The translations under genes were made by a program, and so were the position numbers. DNA of 64,000 nucleotides from Chryseobacterium gleum. Its GTDB lineage: Bacteria; Bacteroidota; Bacteroidia; Flavobacteriales_D; Sanyastnellaceae. The stretch lies in NCBI GenBank assembly GCA_945878635.1, contig CAMCTV010000001.1, forward strand, positions 11,123 to 75,122. Direction: 5' to 3'. Positions 8,059-16,749 of the stretch are shown piece by piece. The notes beneath the pieces were generated by a model. That model had not been told where the DNA came from and did no database searches. It worked only from the letters and a program-made list of their open reading frames with translations. Each line of letters opens with the position of its first letter. Positions within the stretch are counted from its first letter, which is position 1.

Positions 8059-9395
8059 GTAAAGAACAAAACATTGCCATCGTAGGTGGCGGATTAGTCG
8101 GAAGTTTATTGGCACTTTACATGGCCAAAAGAGGTCATCAAGTCAATGTATTTGAAAGACGATCAGACATTAGAAAAATGAAAATCGTACAAGGCAAAAG
8201 CATCAACCTTGCCTTGAGTGACCGTGGTTGGAAAGGATTAGATGGTGTTGGTATCCGGAGTGAAATTGAAAAAGTAGCCCTGCCCATGCATGGTAGATTA
8301 ATGCACGCCGTTAGCGGTGAATTAACCTATCAACCTTACGGAAAAGAAGGGCAAGCCATTTACAGTGTATCGCGCGGATTGTTGAATCAAACCTTGTTGA
8401 ATTGTGCTGGAGAATACCCCAATGTTCATCTCAATTTTGAGCACAAGTGCAATGATGTTGACTTAAAAAACAAAACCATTCATTTTGAGCATGACGGGCA
8501 AGAAATACCTGTAGGGTATGATCGCTTATTTGGAACGGATGGTGCGTTCAGCGCTGTGCGTTCACGCATGACCAAATTGGATCGCCATGAATACTCACAG
8601 AGATACTTGGCCCATGGTTACAAAGAGTTGGAAATCCCCGCCAATCCTGACGGGACACATCAACTGAGAAAAGATTGTTTACACATATGGCCTAGAGGCG
8701 AATTCATGATGATTGGTCTTCCCAATCCTGACGGCTCTTTTACCTGCACCTTGTTTATGGCTTATGAGGGAGAAGTAAGTTTTGAAAAAATCAAAACAGA
8801 ACAGGATGTGCATGCTTTTTTTGACCAATATTTTCCTGATGCCAAGGCTTTGATGCCCGAGTTGATTCAAGACTATTTCAATCATCCCACCGGCAGCTTG
8901 GTTATGACACAATGCAATCCTTGGAACGTTGGCGCTGATGTCTGTCTCCTTGGAGATGCGGCACATGCAATTGTACCCTTTTATGGCCAGGGGATGAATT
9001 GTGGATTCGAAGATTGCTCTTCGCTCGAAGAAATTTTACAAGCCACCAATGAAAATTGGGAAGAGGCCATTCCTCAATTTGCCAAAGAACGCAAACCCAA
9101 TGGGGATGCCATCTTAGAATTGGCTTTGCGCAATTACATTGAGATGCGCGATCTCACCGCCGATCCACGTTTCTTGTTACAGAAGAAAATTGAGGGTTGG
9201 TTTAGCACAAAACATCCCGATAAATGGATGCCTCTTTACTCGCAAGTTACCTTTAGCCACATTCCTTATCACATTGCATTGGCCAATGGGAAAAAGCAAG
9301 ATGAAATCATGACTCAGGTATTGGACATGCCCAATATAGAGGAAGTTTGGAACAGTGAGGAGGTTGAAAACAAATTGCTAAGTTTAATTCAGTAA
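8055..9395 (+). CDS. kmo: Kynurenine 3-monooxygenase (FAD-dependent)
   Basis: 'IAIVGGGLVGSLLALYMAKRGHQVNVFERR' Rossmann motif, 'SINLALSDRG', 'LLGDAAHAIVPFYGQGMNCGFED', and length about 446 aa, as in bacterial/eukaryotic KMO. Confidence 0.8.
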   Translation: MSKEQNIAIVGGGLVGSLLALYMAKRGHQVNVFERRSDIRKMKIVQGKSINLALSDRGWKGLDGVGIRSEIEKVALPMHGRLMHAVSGELTYQPYGKEGQAIYSVSRGLLNQTLLNCAGEYPNVHLNFEHKCNDVDLKNKTIHFEHDGQEIPVGYDRLFGTDGAFSAVRSRMTKLDRHEYSQRYLAHGYKELEIPANPDGTHQLRKDCLHIWPRGEFMMIGLPNPDGSFTCTLFMAYEGEVSFEKIKTEQDVHAFFDQYFPDAKALMPELIQDYFNHPTGSLVMTQCNPWNVGADVCLLGDAAHAIVPFYGQGMNCGFEDCSSLEEILQATNENWEEAIPQFAKERKPNGDAILELALRNYIEMRDLTADPRFLLQKKIEGWFSTKHPDKWMPLYSQVTFSHIPYHIALANGKKQDEIMTQVLDMPNIEEVWNSEEVENKLLSLIQ

Positions 9396-9431
9396 AGCAT
9401 TTTCCTTTCATCTTTGTCTAAATATTCAGAG

Positions 9432-10328
9432 ATGAGAATTTTGTTATTTTTCCTTTTCACGCTGTCTCAATTTTGTCTTTTAAGTCAAAGACAATTAAGG
9501 CCTTTGCATGCTGAGCCAGACTACTTGGATCATGGCTGGTCATTTGGTGGAGGTGTTACTGGCATGCTGCCCTACCAAATCAAAACACCGATTCAACGCT
9601 ATGACACCATTCAGAGGGTTCCTGTTCTGGTATATGACGGAAATATCTTTGCCACCCCCAAAGCGGGATGGGCGGTTGAAGCCAACAAAATGTGGTTCAA
9701 AACCAAATGGAATTACTTCGACTATTGGGAGGCTGGAGCGCGTTACTATTGTTTGCGTGGGTTGGAAAGATTCAATGGGAATTATCCAGGAAAATCAACC
9801 GATGAAGGCATAGCCTCTGACCGAAAGACCAAATTCAATTTGCATACCATAGGTATTGAGGCTCGTGCCATTGATATGCGACAGTTCACTGACCGCACTT
9901 GGTTTCATCATGGCCCAGTTTTAACTGTAGATTATCAAGCATTTCAAAGCATCAAAAAGAAAAACAATGAGTTTATACCACTACCGGAGGCAATGCCCTC
10001 AAGGTTGAGCGGTGGCATCAACTACCAAATTGGATTGGGTAGAAAAAAATTCCCTGGCCTCTTTGTCCTTTATACCATTGAAACACCTCTATTCACTTTT
10101 TACCCTTGGGAAGAAAAATGGCCAAACATGAAGGTGCTCAATACCAATTGGCAACCCATCCTCTTCACTGCTCGGCTAATCCTTCTCAAGAAAAGACCTT
10201 CCAAATCTTGTGAAAACCGACCCAACGTCAACGTTGAAATCGACAAGGATGACCCAGGAAAACACAGCCGAAAAAATGGCTTATTCGAGGAAAAAATCAA
10301 ACGCGTAAAAGTGAGAAAGCGGAATTAA
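9432..10328 (+). CDS. Hypothetical secreted/outer-membrane protein with very basic C-terminus
   Basis: ATG 9432 gives the MRILLFFLFTLSQFCLLSQ signal peptide. No recognised domain. The C-terminal 50 aa are Lys/Arg-rich. Confidence 0.55.
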   Translation: MRILLFFLFTLSQFCLLSQRQLRPLHAEPDYLDHGWSFGGGVTGMLPYQIKTPIQRYDTIQRVPVLVYDGNIFATPKAGWAVEANKMWFKTKWNYFDYWEAGARYYCLRGLERFNGNYPGKSTDEGIASDRKTKFNLHTIGIEARAIDMRQFTDRTWFHHGPVLTVDYQAFQSIKKKNNEFIPLPEAMPSRLSGGINYQIGLGRKKFPGLFVLYTIETPLFTFYPWEEKWPNMKVLNTNWQPILFTARLILLKKRPSKSCENRPNVNVEIDKDDPGKHSRKNGLFEEKIKRVKVRKRN

Positions 10329-10732
10329 TCTTTTGTATCTTGACACAACTCAATCAAAACACCATTCGTTGATTTTGGGTGTAAAAAAACGATTATCTTT
10401 CCATCTGCACCTGATTTTGGTTCCGGGCTTAATAGAACAAAACCCTCTTTTTCCAACCGGCTCATCTCAGCATAAATATCATCTACATCAAATGCAATGT
10501 GGTGAATACCTTGTTTATTCTTTTCCAAATACTTTGCAATAGGGCTATCTTCATGAATGGCCTGCAACAACTCTATCTTGCTTTCACCCACTTGAAAAAA
10601 ACTGGTCATGACACCCTCACGCTCCACCACTTCCATTTTGTATGGAGCCGAATTCAATAGTTTTTCAAAAAGGGAATTGGATGCCTCTATGTCTTGCACC
10701 GCAATTCCCAAATGTTCGATTTTCTTTATCAT
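10325..10732 (-). CDS. mce: Methylmalonyl-CoA epimerase (VOC/glyoxalase fold)
   Basis: 'IEHLGIAVQDIE', 'GIHHIAFDVDDI', 'FLHPKSTNGVLIEL', 135 aa. Confidence 0.8.
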   Translation of the reverse strand: MIKKIEHLGIAVQDIEASNSLFEKLLNSAPYKMEVVEREGVMTSFFQVGESKIELLQAIHEDSPIAKYLEKNKQGIHHIAFDVDDIYAEMSRLEKEGFVLLSPEPKSGADGKIIVFLHPKSTNGVLIELCQDTKD

Positions 10733-10788
10733 TTACCATTTCTTTAAATACAAAAACTCTGAACCTCATATAAAACAAAAGACATTCA

Positions 10789-11211
10789 TCAATTGTAAAA
10801 GTACAACACCCCAGTGGCTGAATCAAAAGTGTAATTGTACTGCAATAAGTTTTGTGAAGCTGATCCTTCGACTATTGTACCATCGGTTAATAGCCACTTG
10901 GAATCTCCACAAGGATCTTGGATAAAAACCCTATTATCATCAACAACGCAGATACACGGATCGTCTGGATTGTGCGTGCTTCGGGCATCATACACGTTAA
11001 ATTCCTCTTGATTGATACGATAAATTATCAACTTGACAGTACCTCCATCAAAGTATAGAAATCCGGTCGCCACAGACAAATCAAAATAAGACGGCTCATT
11101 GATGTTGATGGTAAAAGCAAAACTTACCTCCGGCAACAATTGACTTCTATTGCAACGATCACAACCGCCAATGGTAAACATCAATAACGATATGAATACA
11201 ATTCGTTTCAT
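10789..11211 (-). CDS. Small lipoprotein, possibly a degenerate Rieske-like fold
   Basis: MKRIVFISLLMFTIGGC lipobox. 'ARSTHNP...DPCGDSKW' resembles Rieske boxes CxH / CPxHGxxF with most ligands replaced. Confidence 0.55.
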   Translation of the reverse strand: MKRIVFISLLMFTIGGCDRCNRSQLLPEVSFAFTININEPSYFDLSVATGFLYFDGGTVKLIIYRINQEEFNVYDARSTHNPDDPCICVVDDNRVFIQDPCGDSKWLLTDGTIVEGSASQNLLQYNYTFDSATGVLYFYN

Positions 11212-11855
11212 TTCTTAGCCACTGTTGGAATAAATGGTTTTACATAAACAGGCTCAAAGTAAGCCAAGTCAACCGGGTTGCCCAAATCAATACTTCCATG
11301 GAACACAGAAAGAATACTGGGAAGCACATCTACAAAAATAGTTTGATCTGGCAACAATGATTTCAACTTTGAGGCATTCTCACCAATTACCATCAATGGA
11401 CTATTGGACAATTCCCTTGCAAATTCTTCATCAACTATGATTGCCTCAGCTGCGGTCAATGATCCGTCCAAATTTCGCCATGCACCAAAAACTTCATTTC
11501 GACGTGCATCCATTACCACCAAAACAGGCCCTTGAAATTCGCTTGTATTTTGAGACAACATCATTTGCAAACCTGAAACAGCAAACAGTGGAATATTCAA
11601 TGCCATTGCCAATCCCTTGGCTGCTGCAACTCCTATTCTTAATCCCGTATATGAACCAGGACCACTGCCAACAACTACCGAACGCAAATCTGAAAATAGT
11701 ACTCCAGAAAACTTCAACAATTTCTCTATCTCTTGGTGTAAAATTTCAGCATGCAAAAAATCTTCACTTACTTGATCAAAACTCCCCAAAAGCTGCGACC
11801 CATGCCACAACGCTAGACTGCAATTTTTTGAAGATGTATCAATCCCTAAAATCAC
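11208..11855 (-). CDS. tsaB: tRNA t6A biosynthesis protein TsaB
   Basis: 'MILGIDTSSKNCSLALW', 'VVVGSGPGSYTGLRIGVAAAKGLA', 215 aa. Confidence 0.85.
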   Translation of the reverse strand: MILGIDTSSKNCSLALWHGSQLLGSFDQVSEDFLHAEILHQEIEKLLKFSGVLFSDLRSVVVGSGPGSYTGLRIGVAAAKGLAMALNIPLFAVSGLQMMLSQNTSEFQGPVLVVMDARRNEVFGAWRNLDGSLTAAEAIIVDEEFARELSNSPLMVIGENASKLKSLLPDQTIFVDVLPSILSVFHGSIDLGNPVDLAYFEPVYVKPFIPTVAKK

Positions 11856-13147
11856 TTTTCCTCCTTCAACTCAATTTCACCTATGGAAACTACATCCCCA
11901 TTGTTCAATGTTTTTGCAACTTCATCATATGGTCCCGTAATAACCTGCTCATCCTTTGATACCCCATCCATTATATGAATGAATTGATCATCTTGAACAC
12001 CGGTCTTTACATATTTCACCTTGGCCTTTCCATTGCCATCCAAAACAAAAACACATGTTCTCATTTCATCTGACTTCAAACTATCGGGTCTAGTGGTAAC
12101 CGCTTTGATGGGAATACTCATCACTTGCTCTACTTTCTCTGAAAGGATATCAACTGTTGCTGTCATGCCTGGTCTAAAAGGAGAATCCGTACCTCCAGCT
12201 TGTAACAAATGCTGATACGATTCAGGAAGGATGCTAATCTTAACAGAGAAATTGGTGACTTGATTGTTTGTCGATCCAGCCATTGAACCTGTTGTCATTA
12301 AATTCAACGCAGTATTGCCTATTTCTGTAACGATTCCTTTAAACTTTTCATTTCTGAAAGCATCAACTGCAACAATAGCTGTATCTCCCAATTGTACGCG
12401 GACGATATCACTTTCATTGACTTCAACATTAACCTCCATGTTGCTTAATCCCGATATCTTCATGATCACATCGCCGCTGGTCATGTTGTTCCCCAATACG
12501 GCCTCACCTACTTCTTTGGTCAATGCGGTCACCGTTCCATCAATGGGAGAAAGAATGGTTGTTCTTTTCAAATTATCAGAAGCCTCATTTCTACTGGCTT
12601 CAGCACTGGCAATTGCAAACTCAGCGCTTTTCACACTCTCCATGGCCGCTGAAACCTCTGCGTTGGCCGTTTCATATACTGATCTAGCATTGTCCATCTC
12701 TGCTGTTGAAATGGCCTTCTCTGCATACAGTTTTTCATTTCTTTTGAATGTCAGCTCCTGCAGTTTGGACTGAGCTTGCGCCTGCAACAAACGCGCTTTG
12801 GCGCTGCTCAAATTGCTTTTAGAAGAATTAAGCGTTGCCTCAGCTCGTTGCAAAGCTGAAGTATACAAATCAGGATTTATTCTCACCAACAATTGACCTT
12901 TGACCACATGATCTCCTTCCTTTACTGGTAATGCTACAATTTGACCACTGACATCTGATTGTATTTTCACCTCTGAGGATGGTTGAACTTTTCCACTGGC
13001 ACTCACCTTTTCTATGATCGTTCTCACGGCCGGCGTCTCTGCCTGAACATGACGCTCTTTTTTATCCTTGGTTAACCATGTCACCAATACAATCAAAAGC
13101 AGAACAATTCCTGCAATGATCCAATTTCTTTTTCTTTTATTCTTCAT
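11852..13147 (-). CDS. Efflux periplasmic adaptor subunit (HlyD/MacA-like membrane fusion protein)
   Basis: N-terminal TM anchor, a long Ala/Gln-rich coiled-coil hairpin segment, and lipoyl/beta-barrel-like flanks ('VKEGDHVVKGQLLVRI'). Confidence 0.85.
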   Translation of the reverse strand: MKNKRKRNWIIAGIVLLLIVLVTWLTKDKKERHVQAETPAVRTIIEKVSASGKVQPSSEVKIQSDVSGQIVALPVKEGDHVVKGQLLVRINPDLYTSALQRAEATLNSSKSNLSSAKARLLQAQAQSKLQELTFKRNEKLYAEKAISTAEMDNARSVYETANAEVSAAMESVKSAEFAIASAEASRNEASDNLKRTTILSPIDGTVTALTKEVGEAVLGNNMTSGDVIMKISGLSNMEVNVEVNESDIVRVQLGDTAIVAVDAFRNEKFKGIVTEIGNTALNLMTTGSMAGSTNNQVTNFSVKISILPESYQHLLQAGGTDSPFRPGMTATVDILSEKVEQVMSIPIKAVTTRPDSLKSDEMRTCVFVLDGNGKAKVKYVKTGVQDDQFIHIMDGVSKDEQVITGPYDEVAKTLNNGDVVSIGEIELKEEK

Positions 13148-14607
13148 GGTTGAAGTTGTATGGGTTGATTCAAATAAAAATTTAAAATATTGCGTTTAAA
13201 AACAAAGTCAACTTTGGACCTCACCAATTGAGCTTTGGCTATATCCAAACGATTTCTGGCTATGCTCAGTTCGGTTGCGTTGATTAATCCGTTGTCATAC
13301 CTGGTTTTTGACCATTGATAGGATTGTTCATTTGATTTAAAGCTAAGCTCATTGGCCCGGTAACTTGAAATAGCAGCTTCTGCATTGGTATAAGCCGACT
13401 CAATATCCATCTTCAACTGCTGCTTGGCCAACTCCCAATTCAACTTGGCATTTTCCACTCCCAGCCTCGACCTTTGAATGTTGGTATGATTCTGAAATCC
13501 ATTAAAAATTGGAACGGTCAAAGAAAAGAAAAAAGATCGATTGACATTGTCCCTCATCTGCGCATCAAATGATTTAACGGCATAATCGTCTGAAAAATAA
13601 ACCTGCTGAGGAATGGACAATACAACATCATTGGTTCCCATTACTGTTCCGATTGGATAACTCAATAAATCAGGATTGCCTGTTATCACACGCGCAGCAC
13701 CTGAATAACCTGTACCAAGCGATAAAGAAGCAGATAATCTTGGCGCCACGCCTGACTTGGCCTGTTTGTAATTGAATTGCGCCGATGCAATAGCAGCCAA
13801 GCTGGATTGAATACTAGGCTGACTTCCCAAGGCCGTTTCAATAACCAATGATTTTGGAGGCAATTGATCACTTACTCCAAAAAGCGCTATATCAGGAAAA
13901 GAAGCTTGAAACATTTGCGATTGCTTATCATCCAATCGCATAACCTGAATCAAGGTCAACTGCGAAACTTTCAAATTGTTCTCAGCGACAACCTGACTTG
14001 CCAAGTCCGACATGTGCTGTGCCTCCATCTCAGACAACGTTCCTGAATTGATTGTCCCTATCTCATACAGTTTTTTCAAACGATTCAACTGTTCCAGCGA
14101 ATTGTCTGCCGTGCTCTGCGCAATCTTCAGCAACTCTGAAGTGAGCATAACATTCAAAAAAGCATTGGCCGTTTGTAAGGCAATCTGATTCTTCACATTC
14201 TCTGCATTCCACTGACTTGCAGCCACATCTGATTTGGCCTTTTGATAATTGAACCAATTCTGTCCACCCGTAAATAAATCTATCGAACTAGACACCCCGA
14301 AGCTGTTGCTCTGAATGCGCTCACTCGCAAAGCTATTGGTGAATGGGTCAATGCGCTGTCCCCAGTTGTAACCGTGACTCGCTTGTCCATTGATATTGGG
14401 CAACATGGTTCCAACAGCAGTCCATTGTCCATAAGACGTAATCTGCTCATTGATTAATGCCTGCTGCAATTGAATATTATTGCCTATGGCCTGATCAACA
14501 CACTTTTCCAATGTCCATTGAGCAATGGAAAAAGAATGTAAGAATACCGATAAGAAAACGATGATAAAAATTCGCATGGTGCTAAAGTACGATGGCACCT
14601 CTTTCAT
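13144..14607 (-). CDS. TolC-family outer-membrane efflux protein
   Basis: Signal peptide, 'LEKCVDQAIGNNIQLQQA' and duplicated helical repeats typical of OEP/TolC. The start could be MRIF at 14577. Confidence 0.85.
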   Translation of the reverse strand: MKEVPSYFSTMRIFIIVFLSVFLHSFSIAQWTLEKCVDQAIGNNIQLQQALINEQITSYGQWTAVGTMLPNINGQASHGYNWGQRIDPFTNSFASERIQSNSFGVSSSIDLFTGGQNWFNYQKAKSDVAASQWNAENVKNQIALQTANAFLNVMLTSELLKIAQSTADNSLEQLNRLKKLYEIGTINSGTLSEMEAQHMSDLASQVVAENNLKVSQLTLIQVMRLDDKQSQMFQASFPDIALFGVSDQLPPKSLVIETALGSQPSIQSSLAAIASAQFNYKQAKSGVAPRLSASLSLGTGYSGAARVITGNPDLLSYPIGTVMGTNDVVLSIPQQVYFSDDYAVKSFDAQMRDNVNRSFFFSLTVPIFNGFQNHTNIQRSRLGVENAKLNWELAKQQLKMDIESAYTNAEAAISSYRANELSFKSNEQSYQWSKTRYDNGLINATELSIARNRLDIAKAQLVRSKVDFVFKRNILNFYLNQPIQLQP

Positions 14608-14632
14608 TGCGTTGGATTATACAATTTTAGGA

Positions 14633-15352
14633 TTAAAATCCAATCACCTCAATCTCTACCCGTCGATTGAACTCCAATTCCTCTTCAGTCTGAGGGTTGG
14701 GATATTTAACAGCCTCGCGTCCTCTTCCCATGGTGCTCAATCGATGCTTGGATACACCGTGATTAATTAAATAGTCCTGGATATTCTCCGCACGCTTTTT
14801 GGCTAAAGCTATCAATTGAGTATCACTCAACTTGGTTTCCGCATTGGCATTCACATGACCAATGATTCTTACACGAACACTGGGGTGCATATTCATAAAC
14901 TCCAACAACGACTGAAGCGCATCTACAGATGAGAAATAAATGTTGGTGTTGTCTCCCAAGAAAACGATTCCCTCAGCTACAAAAGTTGCGCCTTCTGATA
15001 AAGGCATCATTACAACCTGCTTTTGGGAATTGGTAACATCCATTGGAAACAAATGAAAGAAATAAGGCAGGTAGTTTTTTGCTAAAATTGCCCCCTTCAA
15101 TTCGCGATAGGGATAAGCATCAACTGACTTACCATCCAAAGAAACAACCTCCAATTCCCCGGTATCCAGACGACCTGAGATTCGGCCCACGGGATTTAAA
15201 ACCAATTGATGGTCGTCAGATTGAATAGAAAAATAAAAAGGCTTCATCACTTCCTCACCATCATAATCCGCCCGTTCTTTTACAAATCTAGGCTGAGCGT
15301 ATGTTGTCAAACAAGACAATAAGACAAATAGGATAATGACTACATTTTTCAT
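14633..15352 (-). CDS. OmpA-family protein
   Basis: Signal peptide. C-terminal OmpA_C motif '...RIIGHVNAN...LAKKRAENIQDYL...NRRVEIEVI'. Confidence 0.8.
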   Translation of the reverse strand: MKNVVIILFVLLSCLTTYAQPRFVKERADYDGEEVMKPFYFSIQSDDHQLVLNPVGRISGRLDTGELEVVSLDGKSVDAYPYRELKGAILAKNYLPYFFHLFPMDVTNSQKQVVMMPLSEGATFVAEGIVFLGDNTNIYFSSVDALQSLLEFMNMHPSVRVRIIGHVNANAETKLSDTQLIALAKKRAENIQDYLINHGVSKHRLSTMGRGREAVKYPNPQTEEELEFNRRVEIEVIGF

Positions 15353-15355
15353 TTT

Positions 15356-15586
15356 TTAATCTTTAAAAAACGAAATGATTCTTTTTCTAAAAAAAACCAA
15401 TCCGCCAATGAGGAACAAAAGGTAAGGCAAAAACATAAGATATACAATACCCGTATTCAAACCTTCTGCTATTCCACCATTATCGGCTGAAGCCTGTTCA
15501 GCGGTTACGCGGCACATCGCACATTGCGCTTGACCCCAAGCAGACCAAGTCATTACCGCAACAATCAACAGTGCTTTTTTCTTCAT
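15356..15586 (-). CDS. 76-aa membrane micro-protein with periplasmic CxxC
   Basis: ATG 15586 (ATGA overlap with the DUF420 stop) gives MKKKALLIVAVMTWSAWGQAQ-CAMC-...-TM(IVYLMFLPYLLFLIGGLVFF)-RKR. I recognise no family. Confidence 0.45.
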   Translation of the reverse strand: MKKKALLIVAVMTWSAWGQAQCAMCRVTAEQASADNGGIAEGLNTGIVYLMFLPYLLFLIGGLVFFRKRIISFFKD

Positions 15587-16119
15587 TGGTAGTAAGGTGA
15601 TATCATTAAATAAACCACAACTCCAGTCACTGCAACATAAAACCAAATGGGCCAAGTCCATTTAGCCAAACGCTTGTGTTCCGCGTATTCACCAATCAAA
15701 GCACGATATGCACTAAATAAAATAAAAGGTAGAATTACAGCGGCCAAAATGATGTGACTAATCAATACAATGTAATAAAAAACTTTAAAATCGCCAGCGT
15801 AAGCGGTCTCACCTGAAAAAATGTGGTGACCGATGTATGACACCAAAAATCCAATGGACAAAATCATAGCGGACATCATCAAACGCTTGTGCGCCCTATA
15901 ATTCTCTTCTTTTACCATCCACAATGCAAGCACCAACAGCACAGAAACGGTGGCATTAATCACAGCATTGATATCCGCAAACAGATGTTTGCTGAAGGGA
16001 AGTTCTACATCCAACTTGATGTACTTTAATGCAACAACGGCAACAAATACAACAGCGGACACCAAGTAAATCAGGAATTTGGCCTTGGCATCATTCTTTT
16101 TAAAAGTAGGTTCTAGCAT
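15583..16119 (-). CDS. DUF420-family membrane protein (cytochrome-oxidase associated, CtaM-like)
   Basis: Four TM helices, 178 aa, located at the end of a cox accessory cluster, as is typical for DUF420. Confidence 0.75.
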   Translation of the reverse strand: MLEPTFKKNDAKAKFLIYLVSAVVFVAVVALKYIKLDVELPFSKHLFADINAVINATVSVLLVLALWMVKEENYRAHKRLMMSAMILSIGFLVSYIGHHIFSGETAYAGDFKVFYYIVLISHIILAAVILPFILFSAYRALIGEYAEHKRLAKWTWPIWFYVAVTGVVVYLMISPYYQ

Positions 16120-16128
16120 AAAACAAAT

Positions 16129-16749
16129 TTAATCTTCTTCAGACATTAACACACTTAAATCTTTGATTAATTCATCCACAGCTTTGGTGGAGGTACCATC
16201 ATAATATCCCCTAATGTGAAAATTCTTGTCTATGAGCGTGAGCTGATCGGTATGAAAAAAACCACCATCCGCATCAACGGAAGGAAATGCACTCAATAAA
16301 TATCCTTGCTGAGCAAGAGAATAAACAGTACTATCTGCATTCACAAAAGTCCAAATTGAAAAATCAGCACCATGTGTTCTTGCATAGGACTTCAATACTT
16401 CCGGTTGGTCATACATAGGATCTACTGTATGTGAAAGCAAGGCTACCTTTCCTTGCCACTGCTTGTTTTTTATCTCATCTTGAATACGGGCCATCTGAGA
16501 AGTCATGATGGGACAGATGCTCTTGCAGCGACTAAAAAAAAACTCAGCTACAAAAACCTTCCCTTTAATCTGGTCAAATGAAAAGCCTTTGCCCTCTTGG
16601 TCTCTTAGTCCGTAAAATTTGGGTATAGTATAGTAAACGGTATCTCCTTGAATAACATCATGTGTTCCCAAAAAAGGCAATCGATCTTGGTCCCTGCAAC
16701 CCCAAATCGAGAAAACCATCACAAGCAAAAAAAAACTACTCCGCTGCAT
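16129..16749 (-). CDS. SCO1/SenC-family copper chaperone lipoprotein
   Basis: 'FFFSRCKSICPIMTSQM' CxxxCP motif plus downstream 'FFHTDQLTLID' His. Lipobox 'IWGC'. Confidence 0.85.
   Translation of the reverse strand: MQRSSFFLLVMVFSIWGCRDQDRLPFLGTHDVIQGDTVYYTIPKFYGLRDQEGKGFSFDQIKGKVFVAEFFFSRCKSICPIMTSQMARIQDEIKNKQWQGKVALLSHTVDPMYDQPEVLKSYARTHGADFSIWTFVNADSTVYSLAQQGYLLSAFPSVDADGGFFHTDQLTLIDKNFHIRGYYDGTSTKAVDELIKDLSVLMSEED

Noticed and set aside
12264-12773. 169-aa plus-strand ORF antisense to the MacA-like adaptor gene
   Set aside because: It lies entirely inside a well-supported minus-strand gene. Its low-complexity Ser/Thr/Ala/Leu composition mirrors the coiled-coil codons. It is a shadow ORF.
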